Assembly (NCBI GenBank): GCA_043228905.1
Contig: JBHGNT010000017.1
Location: forward strand, 806,001-870,000
Length of the DNA: 64,000 bases
Source: Azolla caroliniana
Taxonomy: Eukaryota > Plantae > Polypodiophyta
Direction: 5' to 3'
Part shown: positions 48,401 to 62,325 of the stretch, piece by piece
Layout: every line of letters begins with the position of its first letter
Position numbering within the stretch: the first letter of the stretch is position 1
The notes under the pieces: model-generated
What the model was told of the DNA's origin: nothing
What the model saw: only the letters and a program-made list of their open reading frames with translations
Databases searched by the model: none
Translations under genes and position numbers: made by a program

Positions 48401-49050
48401 AGAACCCTGGCGGTTCCGCCTCACAAGCCGCACATAGTGACGGATTTTTCACAACAACGTAGTTGTGTGAGTTCAAGACCATCATTCCTACAAATCCACT
48501 CACACTTCCTTCCATCTTTGCACTTGTCACTCTAATACCAGTTTGATGAGATGGGATCTTAAATCTTTCCTTAAGATACGCAGAAATATGCAGCATGGAT
48601 ACAAAAAACAGGAAATGGACAAGATATACACAATACATAGTTTTACGTGGAAAACAATAAACAGGAAAACTACGAGAGAACAGATCTTCACTATTATAGT
48701 GGATATACCGGAGAAAGTTAAAATAGATTACAACACTCTCTCTTACAGAGTGTACCAGCCACACCGGGCTCTTGGTATCTACTGTTACACACACAGTTAT
48801 GGTGCCGCTCACCTCTTACATGTCTCTCTTCTTCTCTCTCACTCTAACCTACACACACTTAATGTTTTGCCCTAGACGTATTTAGACTTCAGCAGAATAT
48901 GTGTTATTTACAAATATGCCTATTCTTATTATTATCTAATAATAACAGTAACAATCGTTAATCAACTGCCTAATCGACTAGTCATTTCGACTAGCCGACT
49001 CCTGTGTCGACTGTCATGTCGGCCCGATTAGTTGGCCTTGTCGTCGACCA
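45500..49050 (-). mobile_element. degenerate Ty1/copia related to Copia-1 (5' LTR, PBS, gag-PR-IN; 3' half missing)
   Basis: PBS TGGTATTAGA at 48531-48540. Fragments SVLQHVVNDTNAYEMW, WVIDSGASFH, GELWHKRLGHMSE, LELVHTDVC. Ends are approximate. Confidence 0.85.
47409..48456 (+). mobile_element. solo LTR (TGTCG lineage) in the copia gag, TSD ACGT
   Basis: TGTCGTGAAGAT...TTTTCACAACA with ACGT on both sides. Homologous to 24898-25864. Confidence 0.9.
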
Positions 49051-49518
49051 TCCGGTCGGCCCAACTAGTCAGTCTTGCCTAAGTAGGAGCCAACCAAACA
49101 AGGGGAAGGTAAAGATGAGAAAGCCAACGTAGGTGGCAGAGCCAAGAAAGGAAAAGTCGACCTGAAGATGAAGGCCAAGACTAGGACATGGTCAGATATT
49201 GTCAACGGCCTAGAAGAAGACGGATTGGAGACAGTTGATTCGGTCAAGAATAGTGATTCGGATGAGTTGAATCGCATGAAGGCCAAATGAACGAGAAGGC
49301 AGCCTAAGATGATATCAAGGCAAGAGAGTCGAAGGATCAAGGGGCGCCGAAGTCGTAGAGGCCAGAAGAAGGCCAACAAAGGCCTTAGCAACAGAAGAGT
49401 TGATCGAGTAGATCAAGGAGCGCTAGACCTAACGAGTTGTGGAACACAACCTAGGAGGCATGAAGCAAGGAGATGTTGGAACAGGGGACTAGGTAGAGCT
49501 GACGAAAAACCTAAAGTT

Positions 49519-49790
49519 GAGGGGGAGTGTTGAGCGAGCAAGCTCAACTTGGGCCGGATCAAATGAAGTCGATAACCGGATCGAATGGAAACCGATCGGT
49601 TAGGCCTAGATCAGCTGAAGAAGCTGAGAGCCGGATCAGACAAAGACCGATCAGCTAGGCCAGATCGGTGGGGAGCCGGTAGGCCATTAGGAAAGATATT
49701 CCTAGTAATAGGAATATTTTTTAGAGTTACTAGGAATAGTTTTGGGAGTCAATGTCAGTAGCTCATTTATGAGCTTTGAAGTACTTGTCA
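49519..49790 (+). repeat. PPT plus start of a copia-type 3' LTR
   Basis: GAGGGGGAG immediately followed by TGTTGAG at 49528. Confidence 0.5.
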
Positions 49791-49841
49791 GTACAAAACA
49801 CGATCACGATGAGGCGAATGGGCTAGATCGAGCTACCAAAT

Positions 49842-50239
49842 CGCTCTGATACCATGTAAAGAATCAAGAGATGGATTCTTGTGAAGCGGAAGAGATGTGA
49901 GTTGTGTGTGTGTGTGTGTGTAAGAGAGAGAGTGTGTGTGTGAAACACTGAGAATACGCAAGGTAAAAGTATATTGACAAAGGAGAAATACTCAACATTA
50001 TACAAGGTGGGAGGAGGGTGCTTTATATAGTCACCCTCTCTCTTCATTAACTACAAGACTCATGGAGCATGGGGAATTTGTAAGCTCATAAGTTATGTGT
50101 CATAGAATATGATTCTATGACTCATACTAAATGCTAGAATACAAAGAGGTGACATAATGGTGACTCTTGACCGTTGGAGTGTCTATTCACTCTCAAGGTG
50201 AGTTCACACACTAGACCAAATTGAGCTTGATTCTCAACA
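49842..50239 (-). mobile_element. 5' LTR (49855-50239) with an adjacent Met-i PBS; internal part lost
   Basis: Plus strand CGCTCTGATACCA (TGGTATCAGAGCG on minus) abuts TGTAAAGAATCAAG...CTTGATTCTCAACA. Confidence 0.8.
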
Positions 50240-53200
50240 ATTTTGTTTGATAGTTTTGGAGTTGTTCCTCCGAGTTGTATATGTTGATCCCACTGTGGAT
50301 TTGGGTAAACGTTGTTGTATTCTATTTGCTAACTAATGTGAAGTAGTGTTTTTTGGAAGAAAAAAAAACAAAGTGTTGCAATTTTATGGGATAATAGGTT
50401 CCCGCTCATAAATTGTGGCAAAGTTTAGATTACTATTATGGTCTTTGAGAAATGATGAAATCAAATGATTTCTTCTTTTTACTTCAATGGGCTTTTGTAA
50501 ATAATTGTTCATATTTTCAACTCAAAGAGACAATTATCATTTCTTACATAACTATATTAGTGTTAGCTCATAATGGTTTTATAATGTCTAGAGAGAGCAT
50601 CTCATCATTTGGTGTGTAAAACTATTACCCATCATATATTTATGTGTCCCTAGCTAATGTACATGTATAAGGCCTTCTTTGTGACTTATTCTAACTTCTT
50701 GCATGTGATATAGAAGAGGGAGAATAATCATCACATATCTAGTGGTAAACTTTTGACAATGAATACCATAAGGTCTTGATCTTGATGCTCTTTTCTTGAG
50801 CCACTCAATGGCGGTTATCTTGCCAAAGCATCTTATGAGGTTGTCAATCTTGTAACTTAAAATAGATTTAAGATGTTGGTTTGTGCAATCAATGGCACTT
50901 ACCTTTGCAAAGGATCTTATATGGTTATTAGTCCTGAGAAATAATGTGATTTTACATGGTTTGTGCACTCGATGACATTTACCTCGACCGAAGATCTTAT
51001 CATGACATCGCTCTTACGACTTTATAAGTTGACTATAAACTTTCGAAAATTCTCATTGACTACGAGTTTTTAGCAAGTTAACACCTTCAAAAGTGCAGAA
51101 TTGGGGAGATATGCGTGATATGGCTTATACTATAACACACGGAAAGTCATGTTCAATATTGGTGAGTTTCCTCAACCATAGAGATTTTGACATCAAGTGA
51201 TTTAAAAGGTGAAAATGCCAAAAAGTATTAGTATTTTTTTTTCCAAAAAGTATTAGTATTAGTCCACAACATGAATATGAACCTCTAGCAAAATGAAATA
51301 ACTCATTATGTGCATGTGCACCATTAATGTATTTGTAGCGCCTATATAACAATATGAAGATACATCTTCAATGTTAAATCAGTCTAGCATGATAACTAAA
51401 TTGAAATTATGGACTTAGTTTATGACAATAATCTAATATATATTGTTTGTATGATTGTAGACCCGTAGCTAAGTATATATGTAGTTTGCACTTCTATGAT
51501 AGACTATCGATATAGAGGATCATTGTGAGTATTGTTTGGGGTGATACACATTTACCAATCCAAGTGAATGTTATTGATGCATATTGTTCATGGAAAATCG
51601 CATAATGAGAAAACTATACATATGGTAACGTGAAGAACAATAATTGTTTGCTTTGATAAGGTAGAGAATAATAATCATACATGAATATGTGTTGGTGTGC
51701 GCAATTGTGTTGATTGCTTACTAAACTAAAAAAATCTAGATAACTTTGGGGTGGAGGTAGTACAAGTAAGTGGGTATATTGATTGTTTATTGAATTACTT
51801 GAAATTTTTCAACCTTCTTGGGTTAGAAAGAGAGTGGGTAAGGTAGTTCGGTTGAGCATCAATGTCGTTATTCCCTCGTAACAAAGTAAGGGACATTGGA
51901 GTGCCCTTAGTATATTGTACTCGGAAGGCATGTCATGACTCATGACTCATGCTTAGGAGTATATCTCATCCACCAACATTTCATTCCTTTTTTGTGCTTC
52001 AGAAAAAACATGGTAAATTTAACCAATTTTCAAACAACAATTTAGGATTCTCAATTCTATTGAAGGTAGATCATATTTTGTCTGTTCACAAGTTTGATGT
52101 AGAGTTTCATATAAGATTTCAATTCATGTGAGTCTAAACATGAAGTGACATGAACACAAAACACAATGATATGTAATGTGTTGATTATTGGCATATGTGT
52201 CCACATTAAGTCTTTTGGCTTTTGATAATTTACCAAGAGACGAATATCACGTGTCACTTGTTTGATTGTTGAATAGCTTAGTAGGAATGCAATTCATTAT
52301 ATTCACGCATATAATGTTCATGTATACAATTTTGTCTTTCAAGTTTGAGAGCTAAGAAAAAGGTTGTGCACGTATAGTAGCCCTAAGAATAACATTGGGT
52401 AGTGTATGTGGCTACTATTTGCTCTACGTATCTATCATATATTTATTTGTTTTGCTACTTAATTAAAGGCATTGCTTGCATTTGTGAATGGCAAAACCAA
52501 ATTTCATTGACTTTCAAATTAGTATTATGATATATATACACAAATGTAGGGACTTCATAGATGGGGTATGATGCAAGCAAAATTAACCTTCAAACTTCTA
52601 CATAATAGGGTGTACAACTTGAACCTCCTTCTCATTACTTCTTTCACACTAGGATATATGGAAGCAGAAGAATAGGTGTGGATAAATAATGCGCAAATTG
52701 CAACATTACTTATAGAGAAGTGCGCCCAAGAGGCTTCGTTGCCATTGGGCAAGAACCTTTCAAGCAATACCACAAAATCATAAGTATCATTCATAGTATG
52801 CATAATATGTGTGGCGAGCAAGTACTACAAGTGGTTCTCACATGTTGGGCACACAAAACTAATTATCTTATATGTTCTTTGCCTTGCATAATTGTTTCAT
52901 GAGACAACTCTTGTTTTAGATACTCTTGGGTATTACTCTAAAAATTACACAATCAAACATTTATAAATCTTTCTTTCCCTTAACATATAATGATTATTTC
53001 TATGAAAGATTATAACCACCTCCCCACATTCTTCACTTCCTAATTCCTTTGAGACATTCATTGATCATACCGTCTTATGTAAATATGTATTTCGGTGAAA
53101 ACCTACAACCACCCACACACATTCTAAGCCACGTAAGTTCTTCTAAAGACTCACATATTTTCATTTGATCATACCATCATACGTCAAGATGTATGTAGCA

Positions 53201-56200
53201 TAGTTTGTGCATTTATATTGAGTGCAAAAGGATGTCATGATTATGATACATACCCATGTATGATTTTTTTGTGGTGGGTATGCTTCCAAGTAGGCAAGGA
53301 TTGCAATGAAAATTATACAATACTAGTAATATCTTCATCACACACTCATGTTGGTTGTCTATGAAGAGCTTTTCAGCATGTATAAATGGTGTATTAGGCA
53401 ATATCTTGAGAACTTATTGACGTAAGTGGACAAGGTGTTTAATGTTTGACCATATGTTGAAGCTTGATTCATCTCCTTATCTCAAGGATCAAAGTGGCAT
53501 TTGTCCTTTTCTAACACTAAGCATTGGGGTTACTGATGGTCCATTCGGATGCTACTTTATGAAGAGGTTGTTAATGAATGAGATACTCGAAGAGATGCGA
53601 CATAACCAAAAGAATGGAAGATTATCTACTTTGATTGGATAGCTCAATGAGTAGAATATGATGTCCTTAGCTCTTTTTTGCAAGATCGTTCTATGTTTGT
53701 TAGTTATATTATATACATGATACATCATCCATAGACTAGTACTTGCCAAAGTGTCATCAATTGTATATTATTTTAAATGTTGCGATTAGTATATGAATAA
53801 CTTAGCTTAATTTTCTAAGTGTAGTATGTGGTCATGGTCTCTCCCCCTTGTTCTAGAGAAACATAACATCATCCATAGGAACCATCATCCTCCAAATCCC
53901 AATAATCATGATAAGCCACATTGATTGTTAGCCAAATTTTAAAATTGGGGATTTCCGAAAAAAGGATGCAAGTTTTGTCACATTAATGGTGAAGCTTTAT
54001 GATTGCAAGAATATTTTTGGTAAGTGAGATCACATGATTTATCAACCGGTCATCAAAATGTTGACAAGTTTTGAATTGATACACAAAGGTAGATGGTGAG
54101 GAACATAAATTGTTTGTGCATATTAAAATATAAACCATTGATCTTTATTTCATATAGTAATGTGTTGCGGATCCAAATTGATCAACAATTTAGTTTTAAA
54201 TAGCGTTAAATTCATAATTGGTTCTCTTTTATTGTGATGCAATTGTGGCAACATTTGCCTTGCTTCAAGGCCCCAATTCTTTTATAGACATCGTAATATC
54301 AACAATTTCCAAACTAATTACTAGAGGATTTCACTTGTGAATTATTCTTTGTTGTAAGTGATGCATTGTATGAACAACCATGATGTTGTGGTCCTTCCAT
54401 CTTACTTTAGTATTGATGTTACACAAGTCATAAATTGGTTCATACATAGAGGGGTTGTGTGCATACTATTGTTTTATTCCATAAAGCAATGGACCTTCCA
54501 CACAACAATGTAACAAAAATGACATGTGGAAATCCCTAATTGCCAATGGGTTAAATATTTGAACTTAGTTGATAGATGATGTTTACAAAATGATAGACAA
54601 ACAATGTGAATGGTATGTGGCAACATGCACTCTATGTGATCATTATCAATCCATGCAAATGAAGAGGATTTTAAAAAGTTTGGGTAACAACTTGATAACT
54701 TAAATGTATTGAACGTTTTTGTGTGAGAAGAAATAAAAGGAATCCTAACGACATGATATGTCTCCTCTCAAATGGACACATTTGTCAGAAAGTCTCTTGA
54801 GAGGGAGAGAGTTTAGATTTTTCTATCTATTCAATACATAGTATTTATTCTCAAGTGTAAAAACATTGTTCTCTTTTGAATTAAATGACGTTAGTCAAGT
54901 TTGAACAAGGGTACACTCAAAAGAAGAGAGGCAGAGAGGCAGATAGATGCATTTTATTACCTCCTTCGAAGATAGATGGATTTTATTACCTCCTTCGAAG
55001 ATCCTATATAACCTGTGGGGCCAAAGTGAAGCATTTTCATTTGGTTTATATGGAGATGATAATGGATTCTCGATGCTCAAGAAATTTACTAATGAATGTT
55101 GTAGTCAAGACACCTCATTTCAATTGCGAGGGATATATGTGCATAGTGCAAGGATTGGTCGGGGTTGAGAGTATGGTACTCCAAAATATTTTCTAGTTCG
55201 GGGCAAAGTAGTGGAGGCAAATGAAGAGAGAAAGTTAGAGTGGAAATACCACATCCATTATTTTGATTCGAAAATTCTAATTGCCAAGTTGTGATTCAAT
55301 ATCTCTCATTAACCATGCTAATGTTGCTATAGACAATAATGATAGTATCCTTTCTTTCTTTCCAAGCGTTTATTGCCAATCAATTGTTCAATAGCTAATA
55401 ACCAAGCCCTCATTAATCCCAATGCTATCTCTCAATCAATTCATTATTCACATAAATTACACGAAGATGAGTGTTGCTTCATCAATACCTACACTCATGA
55501 GTTCATGAAAAGAAGTGAAATTTTAGATGACGAAAATTTTCCGACAAACGTTTGTTGTCCGTGTAAAATCAAATCCATTATGATTTATAGGCATGCAAAT
55601 TTACTCATGGCATTTACATATACATAACCAAATCAATTTGCATAATCTTGGAATTGATTGAGCAAACTTGCATTTGGACCACGCCAATTATTCCTTAATC
55701 AATTCTTGTATTAGATTCTAAGACATCTGATCTAGTCCAATTCAATAAGTGTTTCTTTGTGTTTGTATGGTAACCAAATATAACAACCAAATAACTTTTA
55801 TGATCGGCATTTGTTCTCCCAACACACGTACTCTGAACATTTGTAACACTACAAAACCATGAAATTTTCACATATATGCTCCCAAAACTCGACAAAACCA
55901 CAATTAAGTCCCAAAATCTAGACACATCTACATGGATGCTCCATAACCAAAACACCAAATAACATGTGTGCTCCAAATACTCAATGGAAATATGTACTAT
56001 GCGATCTTATCCTACAACCATAAGAATTTGGCTATGAAAACATGACAAAACCACATGTATACTCCAAAAGCCTTGCAAATCTACGTAATATGCTCTAAAA
56101 TTACCATGATGATGTGCATTCTTTAAAGGTGTGGCAATTCCAAGTGTATGATCTACAAACTAAACAAAGCCACATGCAAGCCTTAGAATCCGACATGTAA

Positions 56201-57149
56201 AAAACATGGTAGTTAACCACAATTTATGCTGCTCTGAACAAATTAACAAGCATATGATCACATCTAGTACTTATAACTAATTAAATCAGTTAACTCTAGG
56301 CCCACATGTCTAAACCACAATGATCTATACCATGCTTGGACATTTGTATAAGCTCGATAGATTTACCATCAAGCTTCTTCACCTTATGGTGCAAACATTG
56401 TTTTATGAATCACGTGGGTTTTCTGTCAACTTCCAAAAACACATATTGTGAGCTCTAATTAGTGAGGCTCATCTCAACGATGTTCAAAGCATGTTAGCCA
56501 ACATCAACCATCAATTGGTCAAGATTGGATATGACTAGATCAAATGCACATAAGCAATACCTCAAGTGGGCTAAGATGGTATGTTGATGATGAGAAGATC
56601 GAGATTCTCAAGCCGAGATGACGTGGCACATTCATCACGAGGAGATCAAACCTCGTAACATATCAAGAGACATATCGATCAGGATGAGATTTGGACAGAT
56701 GGGGAGGGGGGGGATGAAGTAAACATGTTGATTCCCAAAACGCGTGGGTTGTTTGTCTACCAACATAAAGGAACATGTCTAGGATGTTGTAGTTATGTAC
56801 AGGGCTCGTACCAACAATATCAAGGGTATGCTAGCCTACATTGAATATAAATTTGATAAAGACAAAGGAGGGACTAGACAAGTATGTGTAAGCTTAACAC
56901 CTGGGAGGGGAATGGATGTTTGGAACATCAATCACGGGAGGAGATTGGGCCCAAGGACAAGTGTCACGTTGACGATGAGGAGATAGGATCCCAAAGTGGA
57001 TGACACATTACTGATTGGGGGAAGGGGAGGGGATGAGGCGGCACGTGCGTGTCGATGTCCCGGAGATTGGACACACATTGTTGAGGATGAGAAAATGGAT
57101 CCGTAGAGTAGAATGAGAGGGGTACCACGTGAACCCACCCCTAGCTACC

Positions 57150-57188
57150 ATGTATGTATGTATGTATGTATGTATGTATGTATGTATG
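57150..57188. repeat. (ATGT)n microsatellite
   Basis: Directly visible. Confidence 0.9.
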
Positions 57189-57369
57189 TGTATGTGTAGG
57201 TATAAATATGTGTGTGTGCCTTGAAATTTTGGATTGGGGTGGGGTTTAGTATGAGCTGCCCAATTCACACCCAGAAATTTTGCGGAAAAATAATAATAAC
57301 AATAATAATTGCTGAATTATGTAAAATGCCTAAATAAATAGATAAAATTAAAACAGTTTGATAAGAATA

Positions 57370-57815
57370 GAAAGCCAAGCTCTCCGTTCTTAGCTGCACC
57401 CTCCTCCTCCTCCTCCTCCTCCTCCTCCTTAATTCATCTCCATTTCCATCTCCATCTCCATCTCCGCCTTCTTCAATTCCTTTTCTCATTTCTCGCTCAG
57501 ATTCGCTTGGTGCAGGTCGGGAAAAAAGACTTGAATACTTCCTTTTATTTATTGTAGTACAATTTGTTTCTTGTTTCTTTCTAGTTTTTAAGCCTTCCTG
57601 TCTGTTTTTCTTCCCCATCTGCATCAACTGAATCTGAGTCAGAGTTGATCTGAGCCTCGTCGGACGCTTTTAATTCTTATCAACTTGTCTATTTTTTTCC
57701 TTCGATTAAAAGCTTATAATTTCCTCCTGAGTTTTTGTGTATAAAATTATCAGGCGAACTGTTTATCACTATCATTATACGACGGTCTTCCGTGGTTTCT
57801 TATCCTGGTAAGAGC
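57370..57815 (+). other. possible 5' UTR exon(s) and first splice donor of a host gene
   Basis: Pyrimidine-rich (CTC)n leader, CTG/GTAAGA donor-like site near 57808, then long T-rich intron-like sequence; CACGTG boxes upstream. No CDS seen. Confidence 0.35.
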
Positions 57816-58490
57816 CCGTTTAAATGTATTTCTCTCTCTACCGTCTACCCTAATTTTTGTGTTTAATTTGCTTTTGTTTTTGGATTCTCATAGTGATTAC
57901 TCTTCTTAATTGTTATGTATATGTTGGAACCTGTTTGAGATATGGGCTTTAATTTATTTCTTTCTATATTTTCTTGCATCTAAGATTTGGATCTGTTTAT
58001 GTCTGTGTTTTAAATTTTCTTTATTTTTTTTATATTTTCTTGCACCTGAGACTTGGATCTGGTTAATTCCTGTGTTCTAGTATTGATGTTACTGTTAAAA
58101 AATGTTCTAGTTAAATCGTGAGGCAATGTCAGATATAGCTTTGATTTATATTTTATACACTTTCTTATCCGGGTTTTCTTATATCCTGATCTCTTTATAT
58201 TTTATGCATTTTCTTTATCCGGTTTTTCTTATATCCTGATCTCTTTAATGTCTATGACGTCGATTATCTTCGAAATTTATTTTTCTATGATTTATGTGTT
58301 TCTGTTTTCTGAACTTATCTGATTTATTTTAAGATATGGATTTTAGATATAAATGTGTTGGTTATTTAGTTTTTTAGTGTAGTTTCTTTAGGCTTGTCCA
58401 GTAACGTGATCTCCTTAAGCAAGATTGAGCTTTCATGTAGGATGCATTGCTTGACATCAAATGTTTGTATGTAAAGGAGTACTAGTAAGT

Positions 58491-58990
58491 CGGCTTATCA
58501 TCAAGATTTTGGACAACTAGTAACTTGGCTTATCAGTAAAGTTTTTTGCTAAAGACTAATAATTATTCTCGTGCTCATAGTTATGATGTTAATTATTAAT
58601 CAAACAGAAACTGTTTGTCTAAACTAGTGTTAGGTTTTATTGTGATATTTTGTCTTTAAATCTGGTTCTCTTTATAAATAGGGTTAAATTTTCTTCTCTT
58701 AGCCAATATTTTAGCTAAATGTCAGGGTGATGTGTAATTTCGGCTTATCATCAAGATTTTGGATTACTAGTAACCTGGCTTATCAATGAAGTTTTTTGCT
58801 AAAGATTAATAATTATTCACGTGCTCATAGTTATGATGTTAATTATTAATCGAACAGAAACTGTTTGTCTAAACTAATGTTTGGTTTCATTGTGATATTT
58901 TGTTTTTAAATCTGTTTTTCTTTATGAATAGGGTCAAATTTTCTTCTCTTAACCAAAATTTTAGCTAAATGTCAGGGTGATGTGTAATTT
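58491..58990. repeat. 250-bp tandem duplication
   Basis: CGGCTTATCATCAAGATTTTGG at 58491 and 58741; both units end GTCAGGGTGATGTGTAATTT. Confidence 0.92.
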
Positions 58991-60619
58991 TTGTTTATGT
59001 TTTAGGGTCTGGCCATAGTAACGAATCTTTTCTGGATGATCGAAATTGGTACTTAAATATATGGATTTTTGTGAATATCTTTGATCATATGGTTACTTGA
59101 TCGTAATGTTATTGTACTTTGTGAGGTTTATGAAAGTGTGTTATGATTTGGTTTATGTCAAATATGGTTAGATTCTAAGCAATAAATTATGTGAATGTAT
59201 TTCGTGGATTTGGCGATCGGTTAGGTGGGAGCTGAAATATTTGTAATATCTTGAGTCTTTTTGAATTAGTCGATTTGTTGGTGGTGTATCTATGAGTCAT
59301 CTTGAATGGATAGTTTAAACCTGAATTTAGGTTATTTTGATCATTTGTATATTAATTTAGGTTATTGTTTTCTATCCGGTTCGATCTCAAATATTTGGTT
59401 GAATATTTGAGATTAATTATCAAGCGACATGAGATTGCTTGCTTGTTTTGTAGTGGAAGGTGTTATCCAACTCCTTGGAAGGTAATATTTGCAAATAGTT
59501 GGAATCATTTGTAACTCTTATATTTGTGGTATTTGAGATGTATCCATGCTACAATGCCTATAAAGAAAGGGCGTGTACTCGAGAATGTGGTATTTGTACA
59601 TGATAGCTTATGGGATTGTCTCAATGGTTAGAATTGATTTAAAGGCCATGTTTTTGGGACATGGTAAAATCTCATGTTGTGAATTAGTAGTAGCTAATGA
59701 ACTTACCTTAGATTTTGTGGGTACGTATTTGTAAATAATATCTTATAGGATTATCTTGTTTAGAATTGACTGAAGGGAGCCATTTTGCAACATGGTAGAA
59801 TCTCATATTGTGTATTAGTTGTAACTAATGAACTTATCCTAGATGTTGTGTGTATGCACTAGAGAACATGGCATTTGTACATGATAGCTTTTGGGACATA
59901 GTAGAATCTATAATGTATTAGTAACTAATGAATGTACCGTAGATTTTGTTGTTAGGTACTTGAGAAAATGGACTTCTCTTATATAGCATTGATTTAAAGG
60001 TAGTTTTTTTGGACGAATCTCATAATGTATTAGCAAATAGTAACTAATGAATGTGATCACATATTTTTGTTTAAAATGATTGTTGACATGCATGTTTTTG
60101 TCTAGAATTGGTGTGTTGCATCTAACTAATGAACAAATGCCGGAAAATGGTCATTGCGTCGAACATGGTAACACCATCAAAACCAATATTAATTGTAGTT
60201 GTGTTACTTTTTAACTAGTATTGAAGACTTTCAATTGTTAAGGTGGCTAATTGTAATGCAAAGTGTATATGAATTGGACATGTGGGTAAGCTTATAACAA
60301 TTGTTGTCGTTGACGTTTTGTTTGAAGAATGAGAGTTTTAGGTAATTGTGGGTGATGTTCCATGTGTGCAACTAGAGTTGTAAAGTTATCATGTTTGTTA
60401 GTAGCTCCACATAATCGATTTAGAAACTTCTAATGTAGATGCTAATATAATTATTCTTGGAACATATTGTCTAAATGTAGTGAATGTGTTTGATATAGAA
60501 GAATAAATTTTGACACAATCCCTTTTATTATCAAAACTCTCTTTCTCACTCACTCTCTAGTATCTTTGGAGGCATATGGGACAATGGATAAAAGAGATGG
60601 GGAGTAAAATGTTTATTGG

Positions 60620-61070
60620 AGTCTCAAGTGGTGCTATGGAGTAAGTGATCATTGAGGATAGTTTATTGAAGACACTAAAGGAAGGAAATGGAAGATGTTA
60701 TCGGAGTTCTCAAGTGGTGCTATTAAGTATGTGATCATGGAGGGTAGATTATTAAGTGATCATTGAGGATAGTTTATTAAAGACAATAAGGAAGGTAGTG
60801 GAAGATGTTGTGGGAGTTCTCAAGTGGTGCTACTAAGTATGTGATCATGGAGGGTAGATTATTAAGTGATCATTGAGGATAGTTTATTAAAGACAATAAG
60901 GAAGGTAGTGGAAGATGTTGTGGGAGTTCTCAAGTGGTGCTATTAAGTATGTGATCATGGAGGGTAGATTATTAAGTGATCATTGAGGATAGTTTATTAA
61001 AGACATTAAAGATAGGAAGGGAGTGGAAGATGTTCTGATAGTTGTCAAGCAATGTTGTTAAGTATGTGAT
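60620..61070. repeat. 120-bp tandem repeat, about 3.5 copies
   Basis: AAGTGATCATTGAGGATAGTTTATTAAAGAC recurs at 60754, 60874 and 60974-60990, with a diverged copy near 60643; spacing is not perfectly regular. Confidence 0.8.
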
Positions 61071-62095
61071 GTAGGATAGATTTTTAAAGGCAGTAAGGAT
61101 GAAGTGGCAAGATGAAGTTTAGTAAACACTCGATATTGATTGCAATACAAGGTGAAGATGCCAATACGTCTCATGGGCTGAATTCGGTCTTAGCAAACAT
61201 TAATCTCTCTCTCTCTCGCACACACACACTTCTTTCTTACCTGTAAGACTCAACTTTCAGAGAGCCTAGCACTTCCTTGAATTTGCTCACAAAAGTTAGG
61301 TGTTGAGGTAGCATCATGGTATCATCGCCCATGTATTGAGGATATGCAAGGTTTGTAATGGAAAGTTACAAAAGGTGATATTTTTATTTAATCCCATTTG
61401 TCAAATTTGGTTAGTTTAAGAAGGTAAAAACTATTTTATTCTATTGTGCATGTGTGTCTCAAGCATCTTTGGAGGTATATGGAAGAATTAGAGCTATAAA
61501 GTCAATAGAAGTGACAATTTCTATAACGTCAAGTGGTGGAATTTTGTATTGTGTTGCATGTTGTGTAGGGGTGATGGAATTTCATAATTTTAATGGTATT
61601 ATTGTTGCATATCATGTGTGTATGGTTGATGGAATATCATATTTAATAATAGTATTCATGCTAAGCTAGAATGGTGGTTCTTTAACTTCATTTGGTCTAT
61701 GCATTGGCGAATTGGACCAAATGGTTCTCAAAGCTTATGTAGGAAGAAAGCACTAAAAAAATTGTTATTGGGAATGTAGTCATATTGTTTTGGTTGTATT
61801 ATGTATATGAAGATGCTTTTTGTAAATACTTTAGGAGATGCACAAATGTTTATAAGGGCATGCATGAGCTCTAAATGTGTCTATTGTTTCAAAACAAATA
61901 TTATGCTTATAAAAAGCTACTTGAAACTGAGGAAAGCTTTGGATATTATGGCTTTAAAGCTAATAAATGGGCTATTTATTGCCTAGAAGATGTAAAGAGA
62001 ACATATAATGGATTTGAGAACATATGCATTGGTGGGGAAATGAAACATTGGGTCTTCTTAAGAAATAAAGTTTCATTACTTTGGTGGAATTGGCG

Positions 62096-62325
62096 CATCT
62101 CTATAACAAAATTATTATCTTACAAAGCTTTTTCCCCAAAAAAATTGTCATTATCTTTCTTGTTTTGTGGAATGGATCATTTCCAATTGAGATTATTGCC
62201 ATGGAATTGATGCTTCTCTATAACAAAATTATTATCTTACAAAGTTTTTTCCCAGAAACAAATGTCATATCTTTCTTGCTTTGTGGACTGGATCATTTCC
62301 AATTGAGATTATGGCCATGGAAAAT
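62096..62325. repeat. about 118-bp tandem duplication
   Basis: TCTCTATAACAAAATTATTATCTTACAAAG occurs twice. Confidence 0.85.

Noticed and set aside
52500-54150. Possible decayed hAT/MULE transposase on the minus strand
   Set aside because: No catalytic motif or TIR that I can support by eye.
57265-57627. Arg-rich 120-aa ORF
   Set aside because: It arises from (CTC)n and (TCCATC)n microsatellites.
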